Below, one piece after another: positions 56,898-64,000 of a stretch of DNA of 64,000 nucleotides (positions are counted from its first letter, which is position 1; each line of letters starts with the position of its first letter). Made by a program: the position numbers and the translations under genes. The stretch is taken from the IMG/VR virus record IMGVR_UViG_3300030329_006012, positions 64,001 to 128,000 of that record. The stretch is one strand, 5' to 3'. The stretch is from a virus. The notes under the pieces were generated by a model. That model ran no database searches, was not told the origin of the DNA, and worked only from the letters and a program-made list of their open reading frames with translations.

Positions 56898-57095
56898 ATG
56901 GAAAACAAGCTATACATCAAGGTGAAGTGCTCCATCTGTCGAGGGCAGAAGCCTCTTTCCTGTGTGTATTGTGATACTTTGGGAGAAACATATATTCAGG
57001 CTTCTGATAAAACCATTATGAGAATATCTAAGGCCATAATACCAGATTATGAAATAGAGAGTTTTTTTAAAGAGGAGCCAGACGACGATGTTTGA
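56898..57095 (+). CDS. small zinc-finger protein
   Basis: CSICRG.....CVYCD (DnaJ-type Zn finger pattern); ACTACTTA at 56880. Confidence 0.65.
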   Translation: MENKLYIKVKCSICRGQKPLSCVYCDTLGETYIQASDKTIMRISKAIIPDYEIESFFKEEPDDDV

Positions 57096-57381
57096 TGATA
57101 AATATGAAAAAGATGCGCTAATGGATGAAGCCTACAAGGTTTATTCCCAGATCTTATCTTCCGCAATAAGGGATGGATACATCGATGACCCTTTTAAGAT
57201 GGTGAGCCTCTTCCTTGGACTCAACATCGCAGAAAATATCATGTACCAAAAACTTCTGGACAGTGGGTGCACAATTGAGAGCGTTGAACTTTCAAAAAAG
57301 AAAATAACAGATATTAGTCAGAAAATAATCTCTCAAGTGAAGGGAAAAATGATGATTCCGGACCAAGACGGCGACATTTAA
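57088..57381 (+). CDS. hypothetical protein
   Basis: 97 aa with AGGAG RBS. Confidence 0.65.
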   Translation: MFDDKYEKDALMDEAYKVYSQILSSAIRDGYIDDPFKMVSLFLGLNIAENIMYQKLLDSGCTIESVELSKKKITDISQKIISQVKGKMMIPDQDGDI

Positions 57382-57426
57382 ACAAATCGCTGTACAAACT
57401 TTTGAATTTGTGATATAGTTATATAT

Positions 57427-59358
57427 ATGGCAAGAATTAAATTTTTATTTATTTTATTACTTCTTCCTGCCACAATTTCCTGTCAGGGGTGTGATGAGGA
57501 GTTGGTGCGCGTTTGTCCACCACCTGTTGATTGCATCGTTGACGAAGACGGGAACGTAGAGACCCTCACCTCCATCGTCAAGATGCACACTGACGTTGGC
57601 GAGTGCAACATCGGCCGCACCGAATGTGATGAGGACACCAACCTCGTTTGCGTCGGCTATGTCACTCCCGCACTGGAAGAGTGCAACTCCAAAGACGACG
57701 ACTGTGATGGCCTCATCGACAATGGTATTTCTTGGGACAAAGATGGCGATGGTTTTAATTCTCTCACATCCTGTCTCAATCCTTCTGATTGTGATGACGA
57801 CAATGCGTACATCAATCCAGGACATAATGAGATCTGTGATGGGCTCGACAACAACTGCGACAGCGTGGTAGATGACATCAGCCCCGTGGAGTGCTGGACA
57901 GGCAGCGTAGATGCTATCCTTGACGGAACAACCCCTTGCGAGACTGGCACGATGGAGTGTACCAATGGCACATGGACCAACTGCCAGAACCAAACCCTTG
58001 ACGAACTAGAGCACTGTGATGGCTTAGATAATGATTGCGATGGCACCATTGATGAAGACCCCGTTGAATTATCGACAGCCATCCAGAGGATGTGCGGCTA
58101 TAATGATGTGGGTATCTGTGCTTATGGCACCAAGTATTGTGTCGAGGGAGATGTCAAGTGCTTCGATGCGATTATGCCAGAGAACGAAATCTGCAACAAC
58201 ATCGATGATGACTGCGATGGCTCCAAAGATGAGAATTTATATCAACCATGTGAAAGCATATGCGGAGAAGGCATGGAAGTTTGCCATGCAGGAAGCTGGG
58301 AAAACTGTACAGCACCACTCCCTCAAGTTGAGTTGTGCGATAACATCGACAACGATTGCGACGGAGAGATTGACGAGGGGTGTTTGTGCATCAAGGACGA
58401 TGTTCAGGTATGCCGCGAAGACATTTACGACGCTGACGGCAACCTTGTGAACTGCGGCTATGGCATGCAGGTCTGTGATGAGTGGGGAATCTGGGGGCCA
58501 TGCATCTACCAAGGCATTGAGCCAGAAATTTGCGACAACTGGGACAACGACTGCGATGGCAACATCGATGGTATCGTTTCCATGTGTGGCAACAACCCGA
58601 ACCTCCACGGAATTGGGCAGTGTCAGATGGGCACAACCACCTGCGAAGAAGGTACATGGGGCAACTGCGAAGGCGAAGTTCTCCCCGAAGAAGAGATCTG
58701 TGATCAAATCGATAATGATTGTGACGGAGAGATTGATGAGGAGCTTAACGCTCACGAGAAAGTGGATATGGTTTTTATCATCGACACCTCTGGCTCTATG
58801 TGTCCGTACATCGAGGCACTCCATCAGGGCATCGCTGCATACGTTGCCGACTTCGAGGAAACCGAACACCGCTTCGGACTCATTATACATCCCAGTCAGT
58901 GGCACTCAAATATCCACGGAAACGCCGTACTCATGACATCAGCAGGTATGGTAGACGCTGCAGGACTCTCAAGCCTTCTGGCCGCCCTTGGCTGCAATGG
59001 CGGAGGATGGGAGAGGACGACAGATGTTGTGATGGCAGTTGTTGATCCTGCAAACCCACTTGGAATTCCCTGGAGAAGCGACGCTTATCCTTATGTTATC
59101 AGCATTAGTGACGAAGGTCCACAAACATCTTACAGCAATTACCCTTATGACGTTGGCGCGTTTGCATCTAGTTGTCAAATCGCCGGATGCCAATCAGGAG
59201 ATGAGGTGGAGATTTACTTTATTGACCAGTTGAGCTCGCTTACCTCTTGGATGGATGCAGCGTTTTTTGATCCCGCAAGAACAATAGATATTCACCCGCC
59301 TTCTGGGTCTCGCTATACAGAAATTTTAAGAAATATTTTTCAAGATGTTTGCTTTTAA
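57427..59358 (+). CDS. lipoprotein with Cys-rich E-C-x-x-x-D-x-D-C-D-G repeats and C-terminal von Willebrand factor A domain
   Basis: Signal peptide ending ISCQGC; about 9 repeats; VDMVFIIDTSGSM MIDAS motif, ISISDE. Confidence 0.85.
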   Translation: MARIKFLFILLLLPATISCQGCDEELVRVCPPPVDCIVDEDGNVETLTSIVKMHTDVGECNIGRTECDEDTNLVCVGYVTPALEECNSKDDDCDGLIDNGISWDKDGDGFNSLTSCLNPSDCDDDNAYINPGHNEICDGLDNNCDSVVDDISPVECWTGSVDAILDGTTPCETGTMECTNGTWTNCQNQTLDELEHCDGLDNDCDGTIDEDPVELSTAIQRMCGYNDVGICAYGTKYCVEGDVKCFDAIMPENEICNNIDDDCDGSKDENLYQPCESICGEGMEVCHAGSWENCTAPLPQVELCDNIDNDCDGEIDEGCLCIKDDVQVCREDIYDADGNLVNCGYGMQVCDEWGIWGPCIYQGIEPEICDNWDNDCDGNIDGIVSMCGNNPNLHGIGQCQMGTTTCEEGTWGNCEGEVLPEEEICDQIDNDCDGEIDEELNAHEKVDMVFIIDTSGSMCPYIEALHQGIAAYVADFEETEHRFGLIIHPSQWHSNIHGNAVLMTSAGMVDAAGLSSLLAALGCNGGGWERTTDVVMAVVDPANPLGIPWRSDAYPYVISISDEGPQTSYSNYPYDVGAFASSCQIAGCQSGDEVEIYFIDQLSSLTSWMDAAFFDPARTIDIHPPSGSRYTEILRNIFQDVCF

Positions 59359-59407
59359 TATTCAGACAAACCAATACTTTACAGGTTATTCTACTCTAGT
59401 TAGTGAT

Positions 59408-59737
59408 ATGACTAAATTGACCAAAGGAGACCTTGTTTGTTTTGATGGTGATGAGGAGGATTTGCTTCTTGGAGTGGGCCTTGTCATGCAAACAAAGGGT
59501 GATGTGGAGGACTTGGAGTACTTTGAAGACTCAATAAGGGACTTTTATGACGAGGAGGAGTATTGGAAGATATCCCACATTCTCCCGGATGCCCCGATGG
59601 TGCTGGTTTTATGGAGCCGCTCGGCCCCTCAAGAAGAGAGTGATTTTGATCTTTACAATATGGAAAAATTGGGTTATTCTTTTATGTGGGTGTATCCCAC
59701 TGAGGTCAAGGTGATCTCTCGAAGCAAGAAGGATTAG
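59408..59737 (+). CDS. small KOW/SH3-like hypothetical protein
   Basis: LTKGDLVCF...GVGLV; acidic. Confidence 0.6.
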   Translation: MTKLTKGDLVCFDGDEEDLLLGVGLVMQTKGDVEDLEYFEDSIRDFYDEEEYWKISHILPDAPMVLVLWSRSAPQEESDFDLYNMEKLGYSFMWVYPTEVKVISRSKKD

Positions 59738-59739
59738 AG

Positions 59740-59979
59740 ATGGAAGAGAAGGAACAACAACCGATCATCGAAAGAAAAATGATGAATACTTTACAGCTCA
59801 TGGCCCTCGTGGCTATGTTGTTGACGCTGCTGACGGGCGAAAGCCGCGCTTTTGCAGTGGCAACAGCCATGATGTGCTCTCTTAAGTTGGTATCGATGGT
59901 TATCTATGAAGACTCTAAGGAGGCCATTTTTGCAACCATCTACGCTGGTTTCGCAATTATGTTCTTTTTTAATCTTTGA
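59740..59979 (+). CDS. small membrane protein
   Basis: 79 aa with two to three hydrophobic helices. Confidence 0.65.
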   Translation: MEEKEQQPIIERKMMNTLQLMALVAMLLTLLTGESRAFAVATAMMCSLKLVSMVIYEDSKEAIFATIYAGFAIMFFFNL

Positions 59980-59994
59980 GGAGTAATTATCAGT

Positions 59995-60630
59995 ATGATT
60001 AGATCTTTTATTAGAGTTGCGGCATTGTTGTGTATACCGTTTTCTATTCCCGCAAGCAGCACCGAGGTTGGTTCCTTGTGGCAGCCAACCGCAATTTTTC
60101 ACAAACAGATAACCAACAAGACCTGTGCCACCATCCCAGCTAATAAGCTCCACAGGGTGCCCGGATATAAATTTACATATCAGCAGACAGATGATTGTGA
60201 TTATTTCTATCCTTCGCACACTTCTTTGGCAATGCACGTCTTTTATGTGGAGTGGATGAATAAGTTTGGGGACAATGATGGGCTCCTCTTATCAGCCCTC
60301 AACGAACTCATCATTGAGTATGGCACGTATCAGAGGCTGGTTGCTCGCATTTATGGCATGGATGGGGATTTCCGTGCCGGCCAGAGTGTGGTCAACGGTC
60401 TCACCGGCAACCGGGGGAAATATATTTTTGTCTGGATTGGCAAAGGAAGTCATCCTAAGTTGGCTAAAACTTCGTTCGTCCACGAGCTCGTTCACGTCGC
60501 CATCTATGCGGCCAACTTTGGCGAGCATGGGGATCCCGATCATCTTGGAGACAAGTACAAGGGCTGGACACACATGCACACTAAATTTATTGAAGATACT
60601 AACGAAATCCTAAAAAGCATGGATTTATAA
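59995..60630 (+). CDS. secreted HExxH metallopeptidase-like protein
   Basis: N-terminal signal peptide, SFVHELVH, GDPDH. Confidence 0.65.
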   Translation: MIRSFIRVAALLCIPFSIPASSTEVGSLWQPTAIFHKQITNKTCATIPANKLHRVPGYKFTYQQTDDCDYFYPSHTSLAMHVFYVEWMNKFGDNDGLLLSALNELIIEYGTYQRLVARIYGMDGDFRAGQSVVNGLTGNRGKYIFVWIGKGSHPKLAKTSFVHELVHVAIYAANFGEHGDPDHLGDKYKGWTHMHTKFIEDTNEILKSMDL

Positions 60631-60647
60631 ACTAAGGAGACGAGAAA

Positions 60648-60911
60648 ATGCAGAAAAATATTGTCATGGGAGTCAATGCGGCAATGGCGGCTGAAAACTC
60701 ATCTGAAGAAAAGATTACCGTAAGTGCCCATCTTAGAGAGGCATTTAATGCAATGAAGAGCGATATTGAGGCCCTAAAGAGGGAGAACAGCCTGTTTGCT
60801 GCCAAGGTAGAGGAAATGAGGGCCGAAAGCGAAGATCTTAAGGCTAAAATCAATGCCCTCCTTTCAAAGCCGGCCAAGAAATCGAAGGCCAAGAAGAAGG
60901 CAACTAAATAA
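60648..60911 (+). CDS. hypothetical coiled-coil protein with basic tail
   Basis: 87 aa, AGGAG RBS, KPAKKSKAKKKATK end. Confidence 0.7.
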   Translation: MQKNIVMGVNAAMAAENSSEEKITVSAHLREAFNAMKSDIEALKRENSLFAAKVEEMRAESEDLKAKINALLSKPAKKSKAKKKATK

Positions 60912-60914
60912 ATA

Positions 60915-61229
60915 ATGAATAATGTGGGTGTGGAAATGAGTATTAAAAAACAATTGTTTGATAAGGCGCAGGACTCCTTAAAGCGTCAGCGCGAAGCAGA
61001 GGGTCATTCGGGCGATGTGCCAGCAGAATGCGAGGCTCTCGCCGAGGAGTACTGCAGCGACGTTTTTGCACGTGCTTCTCGTGGTGAGCTGAAGGTGTCT
61101 TTTGAGATGCAGGGCCACAGCATGGAGACGATTAAGGTTGTTTCTATTTTGATGAAAGAGAAGCTGGGCGATGTGCTCATATCCTTTTCTCCTCGCGGCA
61201 TCGAAGCAAACTGGAAGATGAATGATTAG
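60915..61229 (+). CDS. hypothetical protein
   Basis: 104 aa ORF in tightly packed operon. Confidence 0.6.
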   Translation: MNNVGVEMSIKKQLFDKAQDSLKRQREAEGHSGDVPAECEALAEEYCSDVFARASRGELKVSFEMQGHSMETIKVVSILMKEKLGDVLISFSPRGIEANWKMND

Positions 61230-61238
61230 GTTCGTTTT

Positions 61239-61445
61239 ATGAATTTGAGTGTTGGTGATTTGGTGCAGGGTCTTAGGCCCTGGAATAGAGATGCGCTACT
61301 AGGGGTTGTTATAGCTGAAGGCACAGAGGAGACCCATACCTTTCAGGTCCACTGGGTTAATTCGGGGAAGAGCTCCTTTGGTTCAGCCATGCCGGTGACG
61401 TGGGAAGTGAAAGACTCCCTTGTGAGATTGAACAATGAACAGTAA
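61239..61445 (+). CDS. small KOW/SH3-like hypothetical protein
   Basis: LSVGDLVQG...LGVVI...V.W. Confidence 0.6.
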   Translation: MNLSVGDLVQGLRPWNRDALLGVVIAEGTEETHTFQVHWVNSGKSSFGSAMPVTWEVKDSLVRLNNEQ

Positions 61446-61731
61446 GAAGAGATACGACGAGATTTTGAGACTAAATGTTGAGAGTGTTGCAAATGAGCCA
61501 GGTGACTGGATCTCTCCACCGGAGAACGACCTCCTTATTTTACAAAATGCCATTTTCCAATCACTTTTCAGCTACTTCAGCATTTGTGCTGAGGACTCCA
61601 AGCTAGATCTGCAGTACGAAATAGGCCCAGAGAGGATCATTAATGCAATGCTAAAGAGGACAGAGATCGAGATCGTGGATGCCCTCATAAAGTCCTATAA
61701 TAAAAGGATTTATGGCGACAGCGCAGAATAG
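61435..61731 (+). CDS. hypothetical protein
   Basis: 98 aa, overlapping previous stop. Confidence 0.6.
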   Translation: MNSKKRYDEILRLNVESVANEPGDWISPPENDLLILQNAIFQSLFSYFSICAEDSKLDLQYEIGPERIINAMLKRTEIEIVDALIKSYNKRIYGDSAE

Positions 61732-61733
61732 AC

Positions 61734-61762
61734 TTGACAAATGATCCCACCTGTGATAGAAT
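61734..61762 (+). promoter_or_regulatory. sigma70-type promoter
   Basis: TTGACA-17 nt-TAGAAT. Confidence 0.7.
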
Positions 61763-61781
61763 AGCTTTTTTAGGAGTTTAT

Positions 61782-62432
61782 ATGACAAAAGACCGGCTAG
61801 ACAGTCTGATTGAGAAAAAACAAGAAGAAGAGGATGGGGACACCATCTCTTTCCTTGAGTCCCTTAAAGCTAATCTTGAGAAATGGGGGCGCCTTACTGA
61901 AAAACAAATGGCCGCATTTGAAAGGATCGAGTATCTTGCTTCTGATGAGGGAAAAAAATATGTTGAGGATTGGCGAAAAGAGTATGTAGAAAATCTAATG
62001 CCATCTGCCCTTATTTGCGCGAGGTATTATTTGGCTAACCCTCCATATTTTAATGATATTGCAAACAAAATCATTGCCAACCCATCATTTGTGCCTACTG
62101 AAAAACAATACCGAGCACTCTGCGAAAACAAGTATGCCACGAAGGTGCTGGCGGAAGCAAGAAGAGAGCCAAAATATGAAAATGGAGACATCGTACAAAT
62201 AAGAGAAGCACAGGCAATGCCTTATCACCTTTACCCGATTAAAGGCAAACCCTCAGTGGTTATCAGCAACAAGACGGGCATCGTAACTACGCATGCCCAA
62301 GGTGCAAAAGTTTATAAAATTCTACCATTTGGACAATCACAAATGTTTGAATGTCAAGAAAGATACCTGAAAGGCTTCAGGGATCCACAACGCTCCTCAC
62401 CGGGAGCAAAGGAGGAAGACAATGAACAGTGA
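61782..62432 (+). CDS. hypothetical protein with C-terminal SH3/KOW-like domain
   Basis: ATG 61782 behind AGGAG; YENGDIVQIR. Confidence 0.75.
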   Translation: MTKDRLDSLIEKKQEEEDGDTISFLESLKANLEKWGRLTEKQMAAFERIEYLASDEGKKYVEDWRKEYVENLMPSALICARYYLANPPYFNDIANKIIANPSFVPTEKQYRALCENKYATKVLAEARREPKYENGDIVQIREAQAMPYHLYPIKGKPSVVISNKTGIVTTHAQGAKVYKILPFGQSQMFECQERYLKGFRDPQRSSPGAKEEDNEQ

Positions 62433-62547
62433 AATGATGAAAGCTCTTAGAGAGTCTGCTATCACTACTTTGGCAAAAGGCGCCGATATCGCTTTTAAGA
62501 CTGCAGTTGTAGTTTTGACGTTAAAGTTTTTAGGCATTCTTCAATAA
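62422..62547 (+). CDS. small membrane peptide (41 aa, not in ORF track)
   Basis: GGAGG RBS; MNSEMMKALRESAITTLAKGADIAFKTAVVVLTLKFLGILQ. Confidence 0.55.
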   Translation: MNSEMMKALRESAITTLAKGADIAFKTAVVVLTLKFLGILQ

Positions 62548-62548
62548 G

Positions 62549-62797
62549 ATGAAGACAGTAATTCATGTCAACCAGAATAAGATTCGCCAGAACACTAAGG
62601 CTGATCTGTGCGATCTTGTTCCGGTTTTAACAGTAAAAACATATAAATCTAACGAATACGGTTACGAGGCCATAATTAAAGATGATGAGGGCAACCATGT
62701 TGCTAAGGTTATTTATTCCCCACATAAGCCACTCTCTTGTGGCGCACGAGTGTGGATTGAAACAAAAAATGAAGTGGAGGTGATTAAAGATGTCTGA
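62549..62797 (+). CDS. conserved small phage hypothetical protein
   Basis: IHVNQ..IR.N.K.....PVLTVK......Y......G...VIYSP.KPLSCGARVWIET. Confidence 0.75.
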   Translation: MKTVIHVNQNKIRQNTKADLCDLVPVLTVKTYKSNEYGYEAIIKDDEGNHVAKVIYSPHKPLSCGARVWIETKNEVEVIKDV

Positions 62798-62996
62798 GGA
62801 AAACAAAAAACTCTTTACGATAACAGCGGCTCGAAAATCAGAAGAGGGTGTAGAGCTTGATTTTGATTTGTCAGAGGAGTTTGTAGAGCGTTTCAAGAAA
62901 GAACAGAATTTAAAGAAATGGTCCAAGAAGAGGTTTGATGAATGGGTGACTCAAAATATTGATGTCCTCCTTAAGCTCTTAGAAGAGAACAAGTAG
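62790..62996 (+). CDS. hypothetical protein
   Basis: 68 aa, GGAGG RBS. Confidence 0.65.
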   Translation: MSEENKKLFTITAARKSEEGVELDFDLSEEFVERFKKEQNLKKWSKKRFDEWVTQNIDVLLKLLEENK

Positions 62997-62999
62997 AAG

Positions 63000-63233
63000 A
63001 TGACAAGACACCGCTTTAAAGTCGGCGATTTGATTCGGATGTGCACCACCACTGAGGAGACGAGTATTCAGCCAGAGGACATTGAGTGGTGCTATGGTAT
63101 TTATGTCGCCTCCGTCGAAGAGGAGCGTCCCTATGATGGTTTCTGTGGACACACAGAGAGGTACGACAGAATTTTACACAACGGCCGCTTTATGAATTTT
63201 GATCACTACTGGCACATAGAAAGGATATCCTAA
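63000..63233 (+). CDS. small KOW/SH3-like hypothetical protein
   Basis: FKVGDLIRM...YGIYV. Confidence 0.6.
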   Translation: MTRHRFKVGDLIRMCTTTEETSIQPEDIEWCYGIYVASVEEERPYDGFCGHTERYDRILHNGRFMNFDHYWHIERIS

Positions 63234-63403
63234 TGTCTGACGCCGAACGAAAAGCCTTCGATACCATGATTGGCCACCACATTAAATCTTTTACTCAAGA
63301 CGACGAGCACAAGCGGGAATTCCACCGCGAAATGTACGAAGTAACCAAGCATGTCTTATGGGACTTGCAGGAAGAAAAGAAGACAAATGATAAAAACCCT
63401 TGA
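63233..63403 (+). CDS. hypothetical protein (56 aa, not in ORF track)
   Basis: TAATG overlap; MSDAERKAFDTMIGHHIKSF... Confidence 0.5.
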   Translation: MSDAERKAFDTMIGHHIKSFTQDDEHKREFHREMYEVTKHVLWDLQEEKKTNDKNP

Positions 63404-63836
63404 ATATGGTGCTTTCACCATCATGCTTGCTTTCACCAGTGTGCAGGAGAAGATGATTGAGGAGGTGACACCTATCATCGTGGAAGAGTCCCTCGCCAAT
63501 GGCTTAGAGCCCGAACTCGTCGCTGCAGTTATTCAGGTGGAGAGCTCATGGTATCCGAAGGCCGAAAGCAAAGCTGGTGCATGCGGCTTGATGCAGGTGA
63601 TCCCCAAGTGGAATCCTAAGCCAGATGGCTCGCTCTACACTTGCGACGAATTAAAAGATCCGGCAACCAATATTAAGGCCGGAACAGCAGCACTGGCTCG
63701 GTGGATGCGAAGAGCGTCTGGAGACAAATACCTGGCCCTGTGTGCCTATAACGCAGGAAACACCTGCTTCAAGAAGTTGCGAATGAACTACGTCCGACGA
63801 GTGATGAATGTATATCACTCAATTGTGAGAAAATAA
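63387..63836 (+). CDS. soluble lytic transglycosylase (SLT family)
   Basis: LVAAVIQVESSW, AGACGLMQV, NIKAGT..L, ALCAYNAG. Confidence 0.92.
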   Translation: MIKTLEYGAFTIMLAFTSVQEKMIEEVTPIIVEESLANGLEPELVAAVIQVESSWYPKAESKAGACGLMQVIPKWNPKPDGSLYTCDELKDPATNIKAGTAALARWMRRASGDKYLALCAYNAGNTCFKKLRMNYVRRVMNVYHSIVRK

Positions 63837-63873
63837 AACTCTATACGATTGTCCATAACTACTTATTATTGTT

Positions 63874-64000
63874 ATGGAAAGTAGGTGGAGAACACTGGTA
63901 AAATCTATTAGCTGGAAAGCGTCCGCGTTTTTCAACCTTACGGCATTGACTTTTTACCAGACAGGATCTATAAAGAAGGCTTTAGGTACTTCGGCTGTTT
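63874..64000 (+). CDS. DUF2061-like small membrane protein (partial)
   Basis: MESRWRTLVKSISWK; ACTACTTA at 63858. Confidence 0.6.
   Translation, partial: MESRWRTLVKSISWKASAFFNLTALTFYQTGSIKKALGTSAV

Noticed and set aside
63946-63974. TTGACT-17-TATAAA promoter near the window end
   Set aside because: Lies inside the partial DUF2061-like ORF and the downstream context is not visible
1-64000. Minus-strand and nested ORFs in the supplied track (for example 2923..3510, 6004..6579, 10543..11262, 19901..20551, 54227..54856)
   Set aside because: They overlap well-supported + strand genes and have low-complexity Ser-rich translations typical of antisense shadows
1-64000. Stop-codon reassignment (TAG or TGA recoding), common in some large phages
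   Set aside because: Conserved genes are full length in code 11, and TAG, TGA and TAA all end genes at sensible positions; read-through of TAG 8477 would not reach the next ORF, which is in another frame
1-64000. tRNA, tmRNA or rRNA genes
   Set aside because: Intergenic gaps are short and none showed a cloverleaf or GTTCRA T-arm in context; a tRNAscan/Infernal run would be needed to be certain

Overview
The window is a 64-kb, single-strand-coded (+) segment of a large T4-like myovirus (jumbo/huge-phage type), read with the standard bacterial code and strong AGGAG/GGAGG ribosome-binding sites. 1-10.3 kb: a phage ribosomal protein bS21-like gene, then a cluster of probable virion decoration/fibre genes (TSP3-repeat/ZU5/cohesin mosaic, 11-residue coiled coil, Ig-like domain). 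10.5-32 kb: scaffold, T4 gp23-like major capsid protein, neck proteins, tail terminator, sheath, tube, tail-assembly chaperone, tape measure and baseplate genes. 32-49 kb: replication and metabolism (minimal family A polymerase, tubulin-like protein, gp32-like SSB, RecA, 5'-3' exonuclease, DnaB-like helicase, class II RNR, GroES-like, DnaE, dUTPase, adenine methyltransferase). 49-64 kb: mixed late/accessory genes (amidase, GroEL, vWA/Cys-repeat lipoprotein, HExxH proteins, lytic transglycosylase, many small ORFs). The strongest unexplained signals are: (1) a textbook -1 programmed frameshift cassette (C CCT TTA + 7 nt + long hairpin, 8467-8529) that would fuse the coiled-coil gene to the next ORF, giving a ~1433-aa fibre; (2) a probable +1/-2 slip on a T7 run in the tail-assembly chaperone gene; (3) a neck protein with two tandem gp14-like domains fused to a fibre; (4) a shared docking-like module in four virion genes; (5) a recurrent intergenic ACTAHTTA motif (candidate late promoter) distinct from sigma70-type promoters of the replication genes. 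All product calls come from motif recognition by eye; no database search was run.
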